From Dehalococcoidia bacterium UBA7891 (GTDB lineage Bacteria; Chloroflexota; Dehalococcoidia; Lucifugimonadales; UBA826), in assembly GCA_002500485.1 (NCBI GenBank), contig DLRJ01000113.1, positions 18,001 through 82,000 of the forward strand: a stretch of 64,000 nucleotides of DNA, read 5' to 3'. Positions 47,345-60,983 of this stretch are shown here, in pieces (within the stretch, counting starts at the first letter, position 1; every line of letters begins with the position of its first letter). The position numbers and the translations under genes are program-made. The notes below the pieces were generated by a model. The model searched no databases. It saw only the letters and a program-made list of their open reading frames with translations, and was not told the DNA's origin.

Positions 47345-48277
47345 TTGATGAAATCGGTAGTTGCGTTGGCAGGTGGAGTTGGAGGAGCTAAATTGGCCCT
47401 TGGGTTTTCTTATATTTTAGGTTCTGAGGAGTTGACAGTTGTGGTCAATACTGCTGATGATGACTGTTTCTATGGATTACATATTTCCCCTGACGTAGAT
47501 ACTGTTCTATATACCTTAGCAGGCGTATCCAATGCGGAAATGGGTTGGGGGCTTGCAGGGGAATCTTTTCGAACTTTAGAAAGATTGAAGGAATATGGTG
47601 TTGATGCTTGGTTTAATCTGGGCGATCTAGATCTTGCTACCCACCTCTACCGCACAAAAATGTTAGATGAAGGAAAAACATTGTCGGAGGTATGCCAGCG
47701 ATTAGCAAAATCTTTGGGTGTTGAGCATAAAATATTGCCGGTGACTGACAGCTCCATAAAGACAATATTGGAAACACAAGACGGGATCATGAGCTTTCAA
47801 GAGTATTTTGTGAAAAATCGGTGTGAACCTATTGTCAAATCAATAGATTTTGATGGATCCTCAAATTGCACAGTTACCCCTCAGGTAAGAGAGGCTGTTC
47901 TAGATATGGATTTACTGGTGTTTTGCCCCTCAAACCCTTTTGTTAGTCTTGCTCCAATCCTATCGGTGCCAGGATTTAAGGAAATGATCGAGACGTTTTC
48001 TGGGAAATCTATTGGTGTTAGTCCCATTGTTGGCGGGGCAGCGATCAAGGGTCCTGCGGCAAAGATGCTTAAGGAACTTGGTCATGACGTATCCTCTGTG
48101 GGAGTTGCTCGCCAATACGTTGGGCTCTGCAACACATTCATTATCGATGAAAAAGATGTAGCTCTTAAGGAAGAGATAGAATCTCTAGGAATGGATGTTT
48201 TTGTAACCCAGACTATTATGGAAACAGATCAAGACAAAAAACAATTAGCTGAATACATACTAGAAATAAGCGCGTAA
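47345..48277 (+). CDS. cofD: 2-phospho-L-lactate transferase (F420 biosynthesis)
   Basis: 310 aa. N-terminal ALAGGVGGAKL and the CofD/FbiA-family pattern (..DLATH.., ..PSNP..). An ATG at 47348 is an alternative to the TTG at 47345. Confidence 0.85.
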   Translation: MMKSVVALAGGVGGAKLALGFSYILGSEELTVVVNTADDDCFYGLHISPDVDTVLYTLAGVSNAEMGWGLAGESFRTLERLKEYGVDAWFNLGDLDLATHLYRTKMLDEGKTLSEVCQRLAKSLGVEHKILPVTDSSIKTILETQDGIMSFQEYFVKNRCEPIVKSIDFDGSSNCTVTPQVREAVLDMDLLVFCPSNPFVSLAPILSVPGFKEMIETFSGKSIGVSPIVGGAAIKGPAAKMLKELGHDVSSVGVARQYVGLCNTFIIDEKDVALKEEIESLGMDVFVTQTIMETDQDKKQLAEYILEISA

Positions 48278-48281
48278 ATAA

Positions 48282-48902
48282 GTGGATCAATTTTCTGTAC
48301 TTATACCGATGAAAATTCCTAGTGAAGGTAAATCTAGACTGGCTGGTGTTTTAGATGAACCAAGTAGGAAGTTACTAATAATATCCTTGTTGGAAAGAGT
48401 TCTTGAAGCCTCTATGAATTCATCTAGCTGTGATGTTTATGTAATTGGAGGAGGTTTTGAAGTAGCCGATATCTGTAGGCGTATTGGTGCCAATTGGTTG
48501 AATTCAGATTCGGGGGATTTAAATTGTGATGTATCTAGGGGCATTGCTGAAATAGCTCAAGCAGGGAATGGAACGATATATTTGCCAGGGGACCTTCCGT
48601 TTGTTACCGCAGAGGATATTGACTCGGTGATCTTTCGCTCTGAAAATGGCGATTTAGCAGTTATAGTTGAATCTGAGTCTGATGGTGGCACTAACTGTGT
48701 GCTTTTTCCATATCAAACTAAACTAATTCCTTTGCTGGGTTCAGATAGTTATAGGAAGCACTGCGAGTACGCTGTAAACCATGGCATTCTTTTTGAATCG
48801 ATTCGCCCAGCGGGATTACTTATAGATCTTGATACTACAAATGATTTAATAAAATGCCAACGCAAAGAAAAAGGATTCTTAAGGAATGTTGGAATTATTT
48901 GA
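48282..48902 (+). CDS. cofC: 2-phospho-L-lactate (or PEP) guanylyltransferase (F420 biosynthesis)
   Basis: 206 aa with a GTG start. Reads ..VLIPMKIPSEGKSRL.. and ..LPGDLPFV.., typical of CofC/FbiD. Starts 4 nt after cofD. Confidence 0.8.
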   Translation: MDQFSVLIPMKIPSEGKSRLAGVLDEPSRKLLIISLLERVLEASMNSSSCDVYVIGGGFEVADICRRIGANWLNSDSGDLNCDVSRGIAEIAQAGNGTIYLPGDLPFVTAEDIDSVIFRSENGDLAVIVESESDGGTNCVLFPYQTKLIPLLGSDSYRKHCEYAVNHGILFESIRPAGLLIDLDTTNDLIKCQRKEKGFLRNVGII

Positions 48903-48929
48903 AAATACTTGGTTAAAGTGGGTTTAAAT

Positions 48930-49877
48930 ATGACTAAATTAGGTGTGTTACTTCCTACCAGGGGATTGTTAATGACGGATGATCTTCCTACTAATATAGA
49001 TGAGATCGTTGATATGGCGGAATCCGTAGAGGCTTCTGGGATTGATTCTATTTGGGTAGGGGATAGTTTGACTGCAAAACCTAGATTGGAGCCTTTCACG
49101 GCTTTATCGGCTATAGCTACTAGGACAAAAAATATACGACTGGGTACGGCTGTGTTACTTTCTTCTTTAAGACATCCTGTTCAGCTTGCTCATGTAGCGA
49201 CTACGTTGGATTTAATATCAGAGGGCAGGCTTGTTCTTGGTATGGGAGTTGGGGGGGCGTTTAATGATGCTCAGAGGAAAGAGTGGCAGAATGTAGGAGT
49301 GGACCCTCGTAAGAGGGCTGGTAGGTTTGAAGAGTCCCTTAAAATTTTTAAACCCCTTACCAGGGGAGAGACGATCACGTTTTCTGGGAAGCATTTTGAC
49401 GTGAAAGATATTTCCATTAAACCGGTTTCCCCTCAAACCAATGGAATACCAGTTTTGGTCGCTGCCCATGGTCGTTCCAAATTGGAGAGACAATATGAAC
49501 GGGTCCTTCTTGGTGATGGGATAATATCGATATCAGATTTTCCAGATGAATATGAGATGGCCCTAAAGAAAGTGTCCCAATATTGCGAGCAGAAAGGTTC
49601 GCCATTTAAAAATTTAGAAAAAAGCTTTTATATGACAGTGAATATCGGAGAGAATAAAGAAAAATTGACCGAGGAGGCAGATCGGTTTCTGAAGTTATAT
49701 TATGGGGTGAATATATGGCAGGAGAGATGGGGCCCTTGGGGGGCTCCTGAAGAGGTTTTGACCAGAATAAAAAGCTATGAAAATGTCGGTGCTGAAACAA
49801 TAATTGTTAGGTTTGCCTCATTTGACCAAGCTGGGCAGCTTGACCTGTTTCTGAATAAGGTCGCGACCTACTTATAA
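48930..49877 (+). CDS. LLM-class (luciferase-like) F420-dependent oxidoreductase
   Basis: About 315 aa from the ATG at 48930 (MTKLGVLLPT..); the ORF-track TTG is at 48909. Reads ..DSIWVGDS.., ..RLGTAVL.. and ..GRLVLGMGVGG.. as in the luciferase-like monooxygenase family. F420 dependence is inferred from the family subtype and the cofDC adjacency. Confidence 0.75.
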   Translation: MTKLGVLLPTRGLLMTDDLPTNIDEIVDMAESVEASGIDSIWVGDSLTAKPRLEPFTALSAIATRTKNIRLGTAVLLSSLRHPVQLAHVATTLDLISEGRLVLGMGVGGAFNDAQRKEWQNVGVDPRKRAGRFEESLKIFKPLTRGETITFSGKHFDVKDISIKPVSPQTNGIPVLVAAHGRSKLERQYERVLLGDGIISISDFPDEYEMALKKVSQYCEQKGSPFKNLEKSFYMTVNIGENKEKLTEEADRFLKLYYGVNIWQERWGPWGAPEEVLTRIKSYENVGAETIIVRFASFDQAGQLDLFLNKVATYL

Positions 49878-49898
49878 AGGATATGATGGATTAAGATT

Positions 49899-51938
<2,040 letters not shown>

Positions 51939-52096
51939 TCATACTAACTTGATGGAAAAAAGTGCTCAAGGGTACATACGGCTACATCCGTTCCTTTTTC
52001 TCTGCTAGACTGCAAAATTATCAGAAGATATACTCATTGAGGTGATAGAATTACTTCTTCTTTAATTTTTGTCAAAACTAGAGGCCGATTAAACCC

Positions 52097-53017
52097 TTGC
52101 CTTACGCTCAAAGTATCCAAGATTTTGTGAATCAATATTCCGCTCTGAAAGCTATCGGGAATACCCCATTGGTTAAACTGGATCTTCCGTGGGATATAGG
52201 TAATTCATGTATTCACGCTAAGTTTGAACAATTAAATCCGGGCGGCTCAATAAAAGATAGGCCAGTGTTGCGGATGCTGGCAGAAGCCGTCATTTCTGGA
52301 AAATTGAAACAGGGTAAAACTATCCTTGATGCTACGTCGGGTAATGCTGGGATAGCATACGCCATGGTGGGAGCGATTTTGGGATTTTCGGTTGAGTTGG
52401 TGATGCCAGAAAATGCCAGTGAAGAAAGGAAAAAAAGGTTAAAGGCCCATGGGGCGAATCTCATATTTACTGATGCACAACTAGGATACGATGAAGCCTT
52501 ATATGAGGTTAAAAGAAGGTACGCTCAAAACCCCGATAGATATTTCTACTGTGACCAATATAGTAATAATAACAATCCGTTGGCTCATTATGAAACTACG
52601 GCTGTAGAACTTTTGGAACAAGCACCTTTCGTTACTCATTTTGTTGGTGGGGTCGGTACTGGAGGTACCATTAGTGGGATTGGCCGAAGGTTGAAAGAAA
52701 CGAACCCGTCAATACAGGTGATTTGTATAGACTTTGAAGAATGGCCTGGAGTAGAGGGACTAAAACCGCTAAGCGAGGGGCATATTATTCCTGAGACCTT
52801 TGATAGTTCAGTAGTGGATCGCATGATCACTGTGGATGTTGTGGAGGGATATGAAATATCTAATGAATTGGCAAAGAAGGGAATTTTCGTCGGCCAGTCA
52901 TCAGGGGCTTATCTGCTTGGTGCCAAGCAGGTGGCGGAGGAAGTCAGATCTGGCCATGTGGTGACTATTTTTAATGATATCGGTGAACGATATTTCTCAA
53001 CCTCCATGTGGGGATGA
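52097..53017 (+). CDS. cysteine synthase (CysK/CysM family PLP enzyme)
   Basis: 306 aa with a TTG start; a GTG 10 codons downstream is possible. Reads IGNTPLVKL, the PLP-lysine motif GGSIKDRP, SGNAGIA and GVGTGGTISG. Confidence 0.88.
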   Translation: MPYAQSIQDFVNQYSALKAIGNTPLVKLDLPWDIGNSCIHAKFEQLNPGGSIKDRPVLRMLAEAVISGKLKQGKTILDATSGNAGIAYAMVGAILGFSVELVMPENASEERKKRLKAHGANLIFTDAQLGYDEALYEVKRRYAQNPDRYFYCDQYSNNNNPLAHYETTAVELLEQAPFVTHFVGGVGTGGTISGIGRRLKETNPSIQVICIDFEEWPGVEGLKPLSEGHIIPETFDSSVVDRMITVDVVEGYEISNELAKKGIFVGQSSGAYLLGAKQVAEEVRSGHVVTIFNDIGERYFSTSMWG

Positions 53018-53080
53018 CTTAAACATCTTCGACGAGTTCAAGTATCTTGTTAGGATGTTTTTCTCTGCTTTGTATACCAG

Positions 53081-53989
53081 TTACAATCTAGAAAGATACT
53101 GTCCAGCGATGTCGATTCCCACTAATCCACTGTAAGCGTCTGACAGTCGAGAAGTTAAAGGACCTGGAACAATTCCTGAATCACCGATGCTAGATCCGTT
53201 TATAGATGATACAGGGCATATGCAAAAGCTAGTTGAAGTGACGAAAGCTTCATCCGCAGTGTAGGCATCATACAAATCGATATCTGCTTCTCTGGTTTCA
53301 ATGCCGAGTTCTTGTGCCAGTTCAATAGTAGTAGATCTACTGATACCTGCTAAAACAAACTGTTCCCTTGGGGTCACCACCACACCATCTTTCACTATAA
53401 AAAAATTACTTCCTGGTCCTTCACAAAGATTTCCATTCATGTCTAACAAAATTGGCCACCCATCTGGGTTTTTGTCTTTCACTTCAAATTCTGCTTGAAC
53501 GAGATTAGCGTAATTTTGTATTTTGGCCCTTGGGCTTAGTACTTCCGGCGGTGTTCTTCGGACGGATGGGACAACTACGGGCATTCCGTCCCTGTAGTAT
53601 TTTGCGCGTGCTTTAAAAGGAAGTGGAACAGTTTCCACTATCACTGTTGGGGTTTCTCCGTCCGGGCCAGATACTCCCCTGGAAACTCTTTGTGTAACCC
53701 AATAGTCGTCGTCGTTGTCAATAAGGGGAAGATTGGTCTCAAGAACTTCCATAGTTATTTGAGCCATTTTAGTGCGAGGCATTCCGGGATCCAATCGGGC
53801 ATATTTAAGGGAGTTATAAAAACGATTGAGGTGTTCTTCTAGTTTGAAAATCCGATGGTTAAATGTACGGGTGGTATCAAAAACAGAATAGCCTTGTAAA
53901 AAACCTCGATCATGAATCGAGATGGAGGCGAGGCTCTCTTGTATTATTTTACCGTTTACATAAGCTACTCTTTCCGATTCCATCATCAA
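53081..53989 (-). CDS. aminotransferase class IV (branched-chain amino acid / D-amino acid aminotransferase family)
   Basis: 302 aa with a fold-type IV pattern (..YVNGK.., ..DRGFLQGYSVFDT.., ..NFFIVKDGVVVTP.., ..GISR..). Confidence 0.8.
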   Translation of the reverse strand: MMMESERVAYVNGKIIQESLASISIHDRGFLQGYSVFDTTRTFNHRIFKLEEHLNRFYNSLKYARLDPGMPRTKMAQITMEVLETNLPLIDNDDDYWVTQRVSRGVSGPDGETPTVIVETVPLPFKARAKYYRDGMPVVVPSVRRTPPEVLSPRAKIQNYANLVQAEFEVKDKNPDGWPILLDMNGNLCEGPGSNFFIVKDGVVVTPREQFVLAGISRSTTIELAQELGIETREADIDLYDAYTADEAFVTSTSFCICPVSSINGSSIGDSGIVPGPLTSRLSDAYSGLVGIDIAGQYLSRL

Positions 53990-54080
53990 TCTCCAGTCGT
54001 GAATACGCTCTTCTATCTGGATGCTGTCGTAAAGTCATAGATCATACCGGGTGCGCGAGTTTTATCCAAACATCACCGGT

Positions 54081-56039
<1,959 letters not shown>

Positions 56040-56346
56040 CTAAAAAGAGCCTATTGGACGAGTTATAGATCTGCTTGCATTTAAGGATGCGTCCTTTGTA
56101 AAAATAGGGTGAGGAATTGCCGTCTCTGAGACGTTAATACGGGCACGTATGCCCTGTCTAAGTGGTTGATGTAGTAACCATGAGAAAGTCTCTAATTTCA
56201 CGATTTCAATTCTAGCAGAATCATGATGGTTTACTCAAGCGTAATTTGTTCCTAATATTAGCCGAAATATTTGCCCGTATTTGGAGTATCTGTATTGTTA
56301 TTGACTTAATTGATAAAATTGGTCTGCGCAGCCAACCTTTAAAGAG

Positions 56347-56391
56347 ATGGTGAGCCTTGGAAAAATGTATTATTATGTCGATGAAAGATGA
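56347..56391 (+). other. speculative 14-codon leader mini-ORF (MVSLGKMYYYVDER) upstream of a terminator-like hairpin
   Basis: The ATG at 56347 has only a weak, too-close GAG. There are three consecutive TAT (Tyr) codons, and the TGA stop lies 9 nt (56392-56400) before the first hairpin base at 56401. It could be a chance ORF in AT-rich DNA. Confidence 0.2.
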
Positions 56392-56398
56392 TTTTTTA

Positions 56399-56436
56399 AG
56401 GGTCTGCTATTTTCAAAAAAGCGGACCTTATTTTTT
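56399..56436 (+). terminator. strong intrinsic-terminator-like hairpin plus T-tract, 11 nt upstream of the DmpA-family gene's start
   Basis: GGTCTGCTATTT-TCA-AAAAAAGCGGACC forms a 12-position stem with one A-A mismatch, one G-U pair and a 3-nt loop, followed by TTATTTTTT. It is oriented for the plus strand, and there is no plus-strand CDS upstream. Confidence 0.55.
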
Positions 56437-56447
56437 GGTACCAAAAC

Positions 56448-57419
56448 ATGAACAATAGTATTACAGATATTCCAGGTATCGCGGTGGGGCATTGGACTAA
56501 TCTAGAGTCCATAACGGGGTGTACAGCTATATTGTGTCCAACAGGTTCTTTGGGTGGAGTATCAGTTCGAGGGGCTTCCCCAGGGACTAGAGAGACTGAT
56601 GTTCTACACCCCTCTAACCGGGTAGATGAAATTCATGCAATTATGCTTTCAGGAGGCAGTGCTTTCGGTTTAGCTGCAGCAGATGGTGCGATGCGATACT
56701 TGGAGGGAAAGGGAATTGGAGTAAAAGTTGGTGGTAGCATAGTTCCTATAGTTCCGTCGGCAATTTTATTCGATTTGGGAATTGGGGAAGGGGGTGTGCG
56801 CCCGGATTCGGAAAGCGGATATTATGCCTGTGAATTTGCTTCCTCAGATCCTGTAGAACAAGGGTGTGTTGGAGCTGGGACAGGTGCGACTGTGGGGAAA
56901 ACCCAGGGACCACAAAGATCCGTGAAAGGTGGATTAGGATCGGCCAGCATTGATTTGGGTGAAGGTTTATTGGTAGGGGCGTTGGTTGTTGTAAATGCTA
57001 TAGGGAGTGTACATGATCCAGAAAATGGATCATTGATAGCAGGCCCTAGAGATAACAAATCCATGTCTAGCTCAATTAATGACTTGATATCTGGAAATTC
57101 TTTCAAGTTGCCAGATATAAATGGTAATACCACCATCGGAGTTGTAGTAACTAACGCAAAGCTGACCAAAGCTCAGGCTGCACGGATGGCAGCCAGTTCG
57201 CATGATGGTTTGGCCTTAGCTATCAGACCTTCTCATCTAATTGGTGATGGTGACACTATGTTCTCTATATCCACTGGAGAGCAAGGTGGCATTGACGGAT
57301 ATGGTGATATGAATCGCATTATCGCGGGAACTATTAAGACGGTGTCATTAGCTATACTGAATGCTATCAATTTTGCTGAAACTATGGGTGGAGTTCCCTC
57401 GGTCAAGGATGTTTCATAG
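56448..57419 (+). CDS. P1 / S58 (DmpA-type) family aminopeptidase
   Basis: 323 aa. Reads ..ITDIPGIAVGHWTN.., ..LSGGSAFGL.. and the putative self-processing site ..NGNTTIGVVVTNA... Confidence 0.85.
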   Translation: MNNSITDIPGIAVGHWTNLESITGCTAILCPTGSLGGVSVRGASPGTRETDVLHPSNRVDEIHAIMLSGGSAFGLAAADGAMRYLEGKGIGVKVGGSIVPIVPSAILFDLGIGEGGVRPDSESGYYACEFASSDPVEQGCVGAGTGATVGKTQGPQRSVKGGLGSASIDLGEGLLVGALVVVNAIGSVHDPENGSLIAGPRDNKSMSSSINDLISGNSFKLPDINGNTTIGVVVTNAKLTKAQAARMAASSHDGLALAIRPSHLIGDGDTMFSISTGEQGGIDGYGDMNRIIAGTIKTVSLAILNAINFAETMGGVPSVKDVS

Positions 57420-57588
57420 CAGAAAATTCTGTAACATCAGGATCAACAATTTGTGTGTCTGTGAATGCCGGAACCGCCTGACTAATCGATAAAGTAATTT
57501 CAAAAAAGAAGTAATTTTTTGTCAGACTCTGGCTTTATAATGTCTGTTACTGTTTGATAAAAGGGTAATTTAAAAAGGTTGGGTCTCT

Positions 57589-58383
57589 ATGCGCGCGCTG
57601 TTAACAAATGATGATGGGATACATTCTCCTGGACTCTGGGCCATAGCCAAGTCTTTGGAGGAAATAGCAGATCTTACTGTGGTTGTTCCAGATAGAGACC
57701 AGAGTGGTAAAGGGGCTTCCATGACTTTGTTACGTCCTTTAACGGTTGAGAAAGTCGATACCCCTGAAAACATGAAATGCCCTACATACACAGTAGATGG
57801 TACTCCAGGGGACTGTGTCATCATGGCCTGTGAATCTTTATGTATGGAACCCATAGATTTGATAGTTTCCGGTATTAACCAAGGTGCAAATATGGGGTTA
57901 GATGTTTTTAATTCTGGCACTTTCGGTGCGGCACTACACGGATACTTTAGGGGAATCAATTCTATCGCCTTATCTGTTTTCTATAGGCAGGATGTTATAT
58001 ATTCCCCTGCTGCCATAGTGGGAGCTGAGATCGCCAAGATAGTGCACAGTCAAAACTTCGATTCGACAGTTTTGTTAAACGTTAACCTCCCTGCCTGTGA
58101 TTTGAAAGATATTAAAGGGGTAGATCTGACAAAGCTGGGACCAAAGGCATATTTAGAAAATGTGGAAACGGTTGAAAGTGGTAGACGAACATTTCATTGG
58201 TTACGTCACAATAAACCAATGGAAGTCACATACCAGGAAGGAACTGACGTTTGGTCCATTAACCATGACAGGGCGTCAATTACAATCATCGACCCCTATC
58301 TCACAACCAATAATAATACTGAATTAGGTAATTTGGTGTTGATGGGCTCTATTAATAGTCTGGGAGTGAGACCATCAGACTAG
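57589..58383 (+). CDS. surE: 5'/3'-nucleotidase SurE
   Basis: 264 aa. Reads MRALLTNDDGIHSPG.. and ..SGINQGANMG... Confidence 0.92.
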   Translation: MRALLTNDDGIHSPGLWAIAKSLEEIADLTVVVPDRDQSGKGASMTLLRPLTVEKVDTPENMKCPTYTVDGTPGDCVIMACESLCMEPIDLIVSGINQGANMGLDVFNSGTFGAALHGYFRGINSIALSVFYRQDVIYSPAAIVGAEIAKIVHSQNFDSTVLLNVNLPACDLKDIKGVDLTKLGPKAYLENVETVESGRRTFHWLRHNKPMEVTYQEGTDVWSINHDRASITIIDPYLTTNNNTELGNLVLMGSINSLGVRPSD

Positions 58384-59582
58384 GTATTTTGAGGACCGTA
58401 TCCCGGAATAGTATGTTTGATTAGAAACTCTTCGTCTAAATTCAGTCCTAAACCTGGTTCATCTGGGAGATACAAATTCCCATCACGGATATCAAGAGGT
58501 CTGTCCATTAAACAGTTATATCCACTCAGATCGTACCTTATAGTCTCCAATTTATAGAAATTAGGTATTGTCATAGAAACTTGAGCCCCAGCCATTATGT
58601 TGATTGGGCCACTCGCGTCATGCGGAGATACCGGTATGTAATAAGCCTCTGCCATTGTAGAAATTTTCTTTAATTCGGATATTCCTCCAGTCCAAGTAAC
58701 ATCTGGCATAACATAGTCAGCCAAGTTTTTTTCAAATACCGGTATGAATTCAAATCTAGTGTGCAACCTTTCTCCTACGCTTATTCTTACGTTGGTACTG
58801 TCTCTTACTTGCTGCAGGGCATGGTAACTTTCGACTGGGACGGGTTCTTCAAACCAATGTATGTCGTAGGCCGAAAGACGATTGGCTAAGTCTATTGCCG
58901 TAGGGACATTAAATTTTCCATGAGCATCAATAAGTATCTCAATATCTGGACCAACTGCGTCTCGAATTTCTGCCGTAATTTGTTCGGCCCGATAGGCACC
59001 TTCTGGACTAATTTCTCCGTCCAAATACCCGATATTCCCGCCATTATCGCCATCCCATGAAGAGTGCATCATTGGATCCATTTTGAAGGCAGTATGCCCT
59101 GATTCCACAATCTCCCTAGCATTTTCGATTGCCAGGGCAATGTCTTCGCCAGGTTCTGGCGGATGGGTGTAGAGGGGTATTTTATCCCTAACTGACCCTC
59201 CCAAAAGCTGATATATAGGCAGATTCACGGATTTACCAAAGATGTCCCACAAGGCAATATCGATTCCACTAATTGCTGCCGTCGTTGCCCCTCTAGTACC
59301 GGTATAAGTGAAAAGTCTAAAGGTGCGAGTCCAAATTTCTTCAATCTTTGTTGGATCCCATCCTATTAGAAAATCCTTCAATTCCATAACATATTTTTGA
59401 ATTGCTCGATTGCCGACACTACCTGGATAATTAGTAATTTCACCCCAACCGGTAATTCCTTCATCCGTATCAATCTGGACGAAGACAAATTCACGTTCAA
59501 TAGAGGATCTGGGTTTATCTTTTCCTGGGCGGTCATCCCAGGCCATTTTGATGAGATAGCTTTTCACATCGGTGATTTTCAT
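58380..59582 (-). CDS. enolase-superfamily enzyme (mandelate racemase/muconate lactonizing family; acid-sugar dehydratase-like)
   Basis: 400 aa. N-terminal capping domain (..GWGEIT..), then barrel metal ligands in ..LIDAHG.., ..WFEEP.. and ..GERL... Confidence 0.8.
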   Translation of the reverse strand: MKITDVKSYLIKMAWDDRPGKDKPRSSIEREFVFVQIDTDEGITGWGEITNYPGSVGNRAIQKYVMELKDFLIGWDPTKIEEIWTRTFRLFTYTGTRGATTAAISGIDIALWDIFGKSVNLPIYQLLGGSVRDKIPLYTHPPEPGEDIALAIENAREIVESGHTAFKMDPMMHSSWDGDNGGNIGYLDGEISPEGAYRAEQITAEIRDAVGPDIEILIDAHGKFNVPTAIDLANRLSAYDIHWFEEPVPVESYHALQQVRDSTNVRISVGERLHTRFEFIPVFEKNLADYVMPDVTWTGGISELKKISTMAEAYYIPVSPHDASGPINIMAGAQVSMTIPNFYKLETIRYDLSGYNCLMDRPLDIRDGNLYLPDEPGLGLNLDEEFLIKHTIPGYGPQNT

Positions 59583-59687
59583 TTTTAATCCTTCTGACTG
59601 CCTTCAATAAATTCCTTACCACGGTTACCATCGTAGCTTAATTACTAAAGGTATATCATGATTCAGTAATATTTAATGTGATGATGA

Positions 59688-60983
59688 ATGTCTTTACCAA
59701 ATTTTAACCCTAGTTCGAACAAATTTATAAACTCTTTCCCTTTTTTTTATGGATGGGTCATTTTATTTGTCGCCGCTTTGGCTCATTTCGCTTCAGCCCC
59801 TGGTCAGACATATGTCTCATCGATTTTTATTGATCCGATGATTGATGATCTAGGGTGGTCGCGCACCACTTTTTCTGGCCTATACACAGGGGGATCCATG
59901 GCAGCAGCAGTATTCATGATTGCTGTTGGGAAAATGTTAGATAAATATGGTGCGAGAAAAACTTTGTCGATCTTATGTTTGATGATGTGTATGGCTACTA
60001 TTTGGATGAGTGGAGTGGATTCTCGATGGAAGTTGTTTCTCGGCTATGCAATGCTCAGAACTATTGGCCAAGGTTCCTTTGGATTAGTAGCCACCACTAT
60101 GGTTTCAACTTGGTTTATTCGGATAAGAGGCCGTGCAACTGCGATATCGTCAATTGGAGGAGCCGCGAGTCTTGCAGTTTTCCCTTTTATAGTACATTTG
60201 TTAATTGAACGCTTTGATTGGCGGAGTACTTGGTTTATTTTAGGGATTGTCGTTCTGGCTGTTCTTTTTATTCCTGCTATTACCCTCATCAGAAGGAGTC
60301 CAGAAGCGGTTGGACTGAAACCAGATGGGACCGATCATAAAGGTACAGAACGTGGTGATGAATTAGGAAAAGAGGGATCAGAAACCAACTTTACTTTGAT
60401 TGAAGCACTCAAAACAAGATCATTGTGGATGTTGGTGTTTGGAAGCACGGCAATGCCGTTAATAATGACAGGGCTTATGTTTCATCATGTGTCTATTCTA
60501 GGCGCGAAAGGAATTTCACCAGGCTTAGCAGCACTCACAATGGGATTGTTTGGACCCTTAGTTTTTCTTGGAAGCTTGGGTTGCGGTTATCTGGCCGATA
60601 GAATTCCGAATAGATTTTTACTAGCTGCCGGTCAGCTTATTCTCATAGTGGCAATGCTTTGGACCATAATAATATCTGCCCCATGGCAAGCAATAATTTA
60701 TATAGTTCTGGCTTCAGTAAGCATGTCTTTAATGAGTACCCCTAATACGGTTATTTGGGCTAATTATTTTGGAAGGGCTTATCTGGGAAGCATCAGAGGA
60801 TTTGCATCTACAGTTATGGTGGCCTTTTCGGCGATGGGTGCTTTGCCATTTGGTTTCATATATGACAGGACAGGATCATATAATGATGCGATCTTTGTAT
60901 TATTGATTCTGCCTGTAATAGCTGGAATAGCCTATATGCTGGCTTTGGAACCCAAAGTTAAGCCCCAAGTAAATCGTTTTTAA
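59688..60983 (+). CDS. MFS transporter (oxalate/formate antiporter-like)
   Basis: 431 aa with about 12 TM segments and a central hydrophilic loop. Divergent from the enolase-superfamily gene. Confidence 0.8.
   Translation: MSLPNFNPSSNKFINSFPFFYGWVILFVAALAHFASAPGQTYVSSIFIDPMIDDLGWSRTTFSGLYTGGSMAAAVFMIAVGKMLDKYGARKTLSILCLMMCMATIWMSGVDSRWKLFLGYAMLRTIGQGSFGLVATTMVSTWFIRIRGRATAISSIGGAASLAVFPFIVHLLIERFDWRSTWFILGIVVLAVLFIPAITLIRRSPEAVGLKPDGTDHKGTERGDELGKEGSETNFTLIEALKTRSLWMLVFGSTAMPLIMTGLMFHHVSILGAKGISPGLAALTMGLFGPLVFLGSLGCGYLADRIPNRFLLAAGQLILIVAMLWTIIISAPWQAIIYIVLASVSMSLMSTPNTVIWANYFGRAYLGSIRGFASTVMVAFSAMGALPFGFIYDRTGSYNDAIFVLLILPVIAGIAYMLALEPKVKPQVNRF

Noticed and set aside
54062-54070. A DnaA-box-like TTATCCAAA near gyrB, and the idea that the 420-bp gyrB upstream gap (56028-56447) is oriC.
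   Set aside because: There is only a single near-consensus box, and it lies downstream of gyrB rather than in the long gap. I saw no cluster of TTATCCACA-like boxes and no adjacent dnaA or dnaN.
57519-57541. A perfect TATAAT (57536-57541) with TTGTCA upstream, as the surE promoter.
   Set aside because: The spacing between the two hexamers is only 11 nt, too short for a sigma-70-type promoter. The TATAAT alone in AT-rich DNA is not sufficient evidence.
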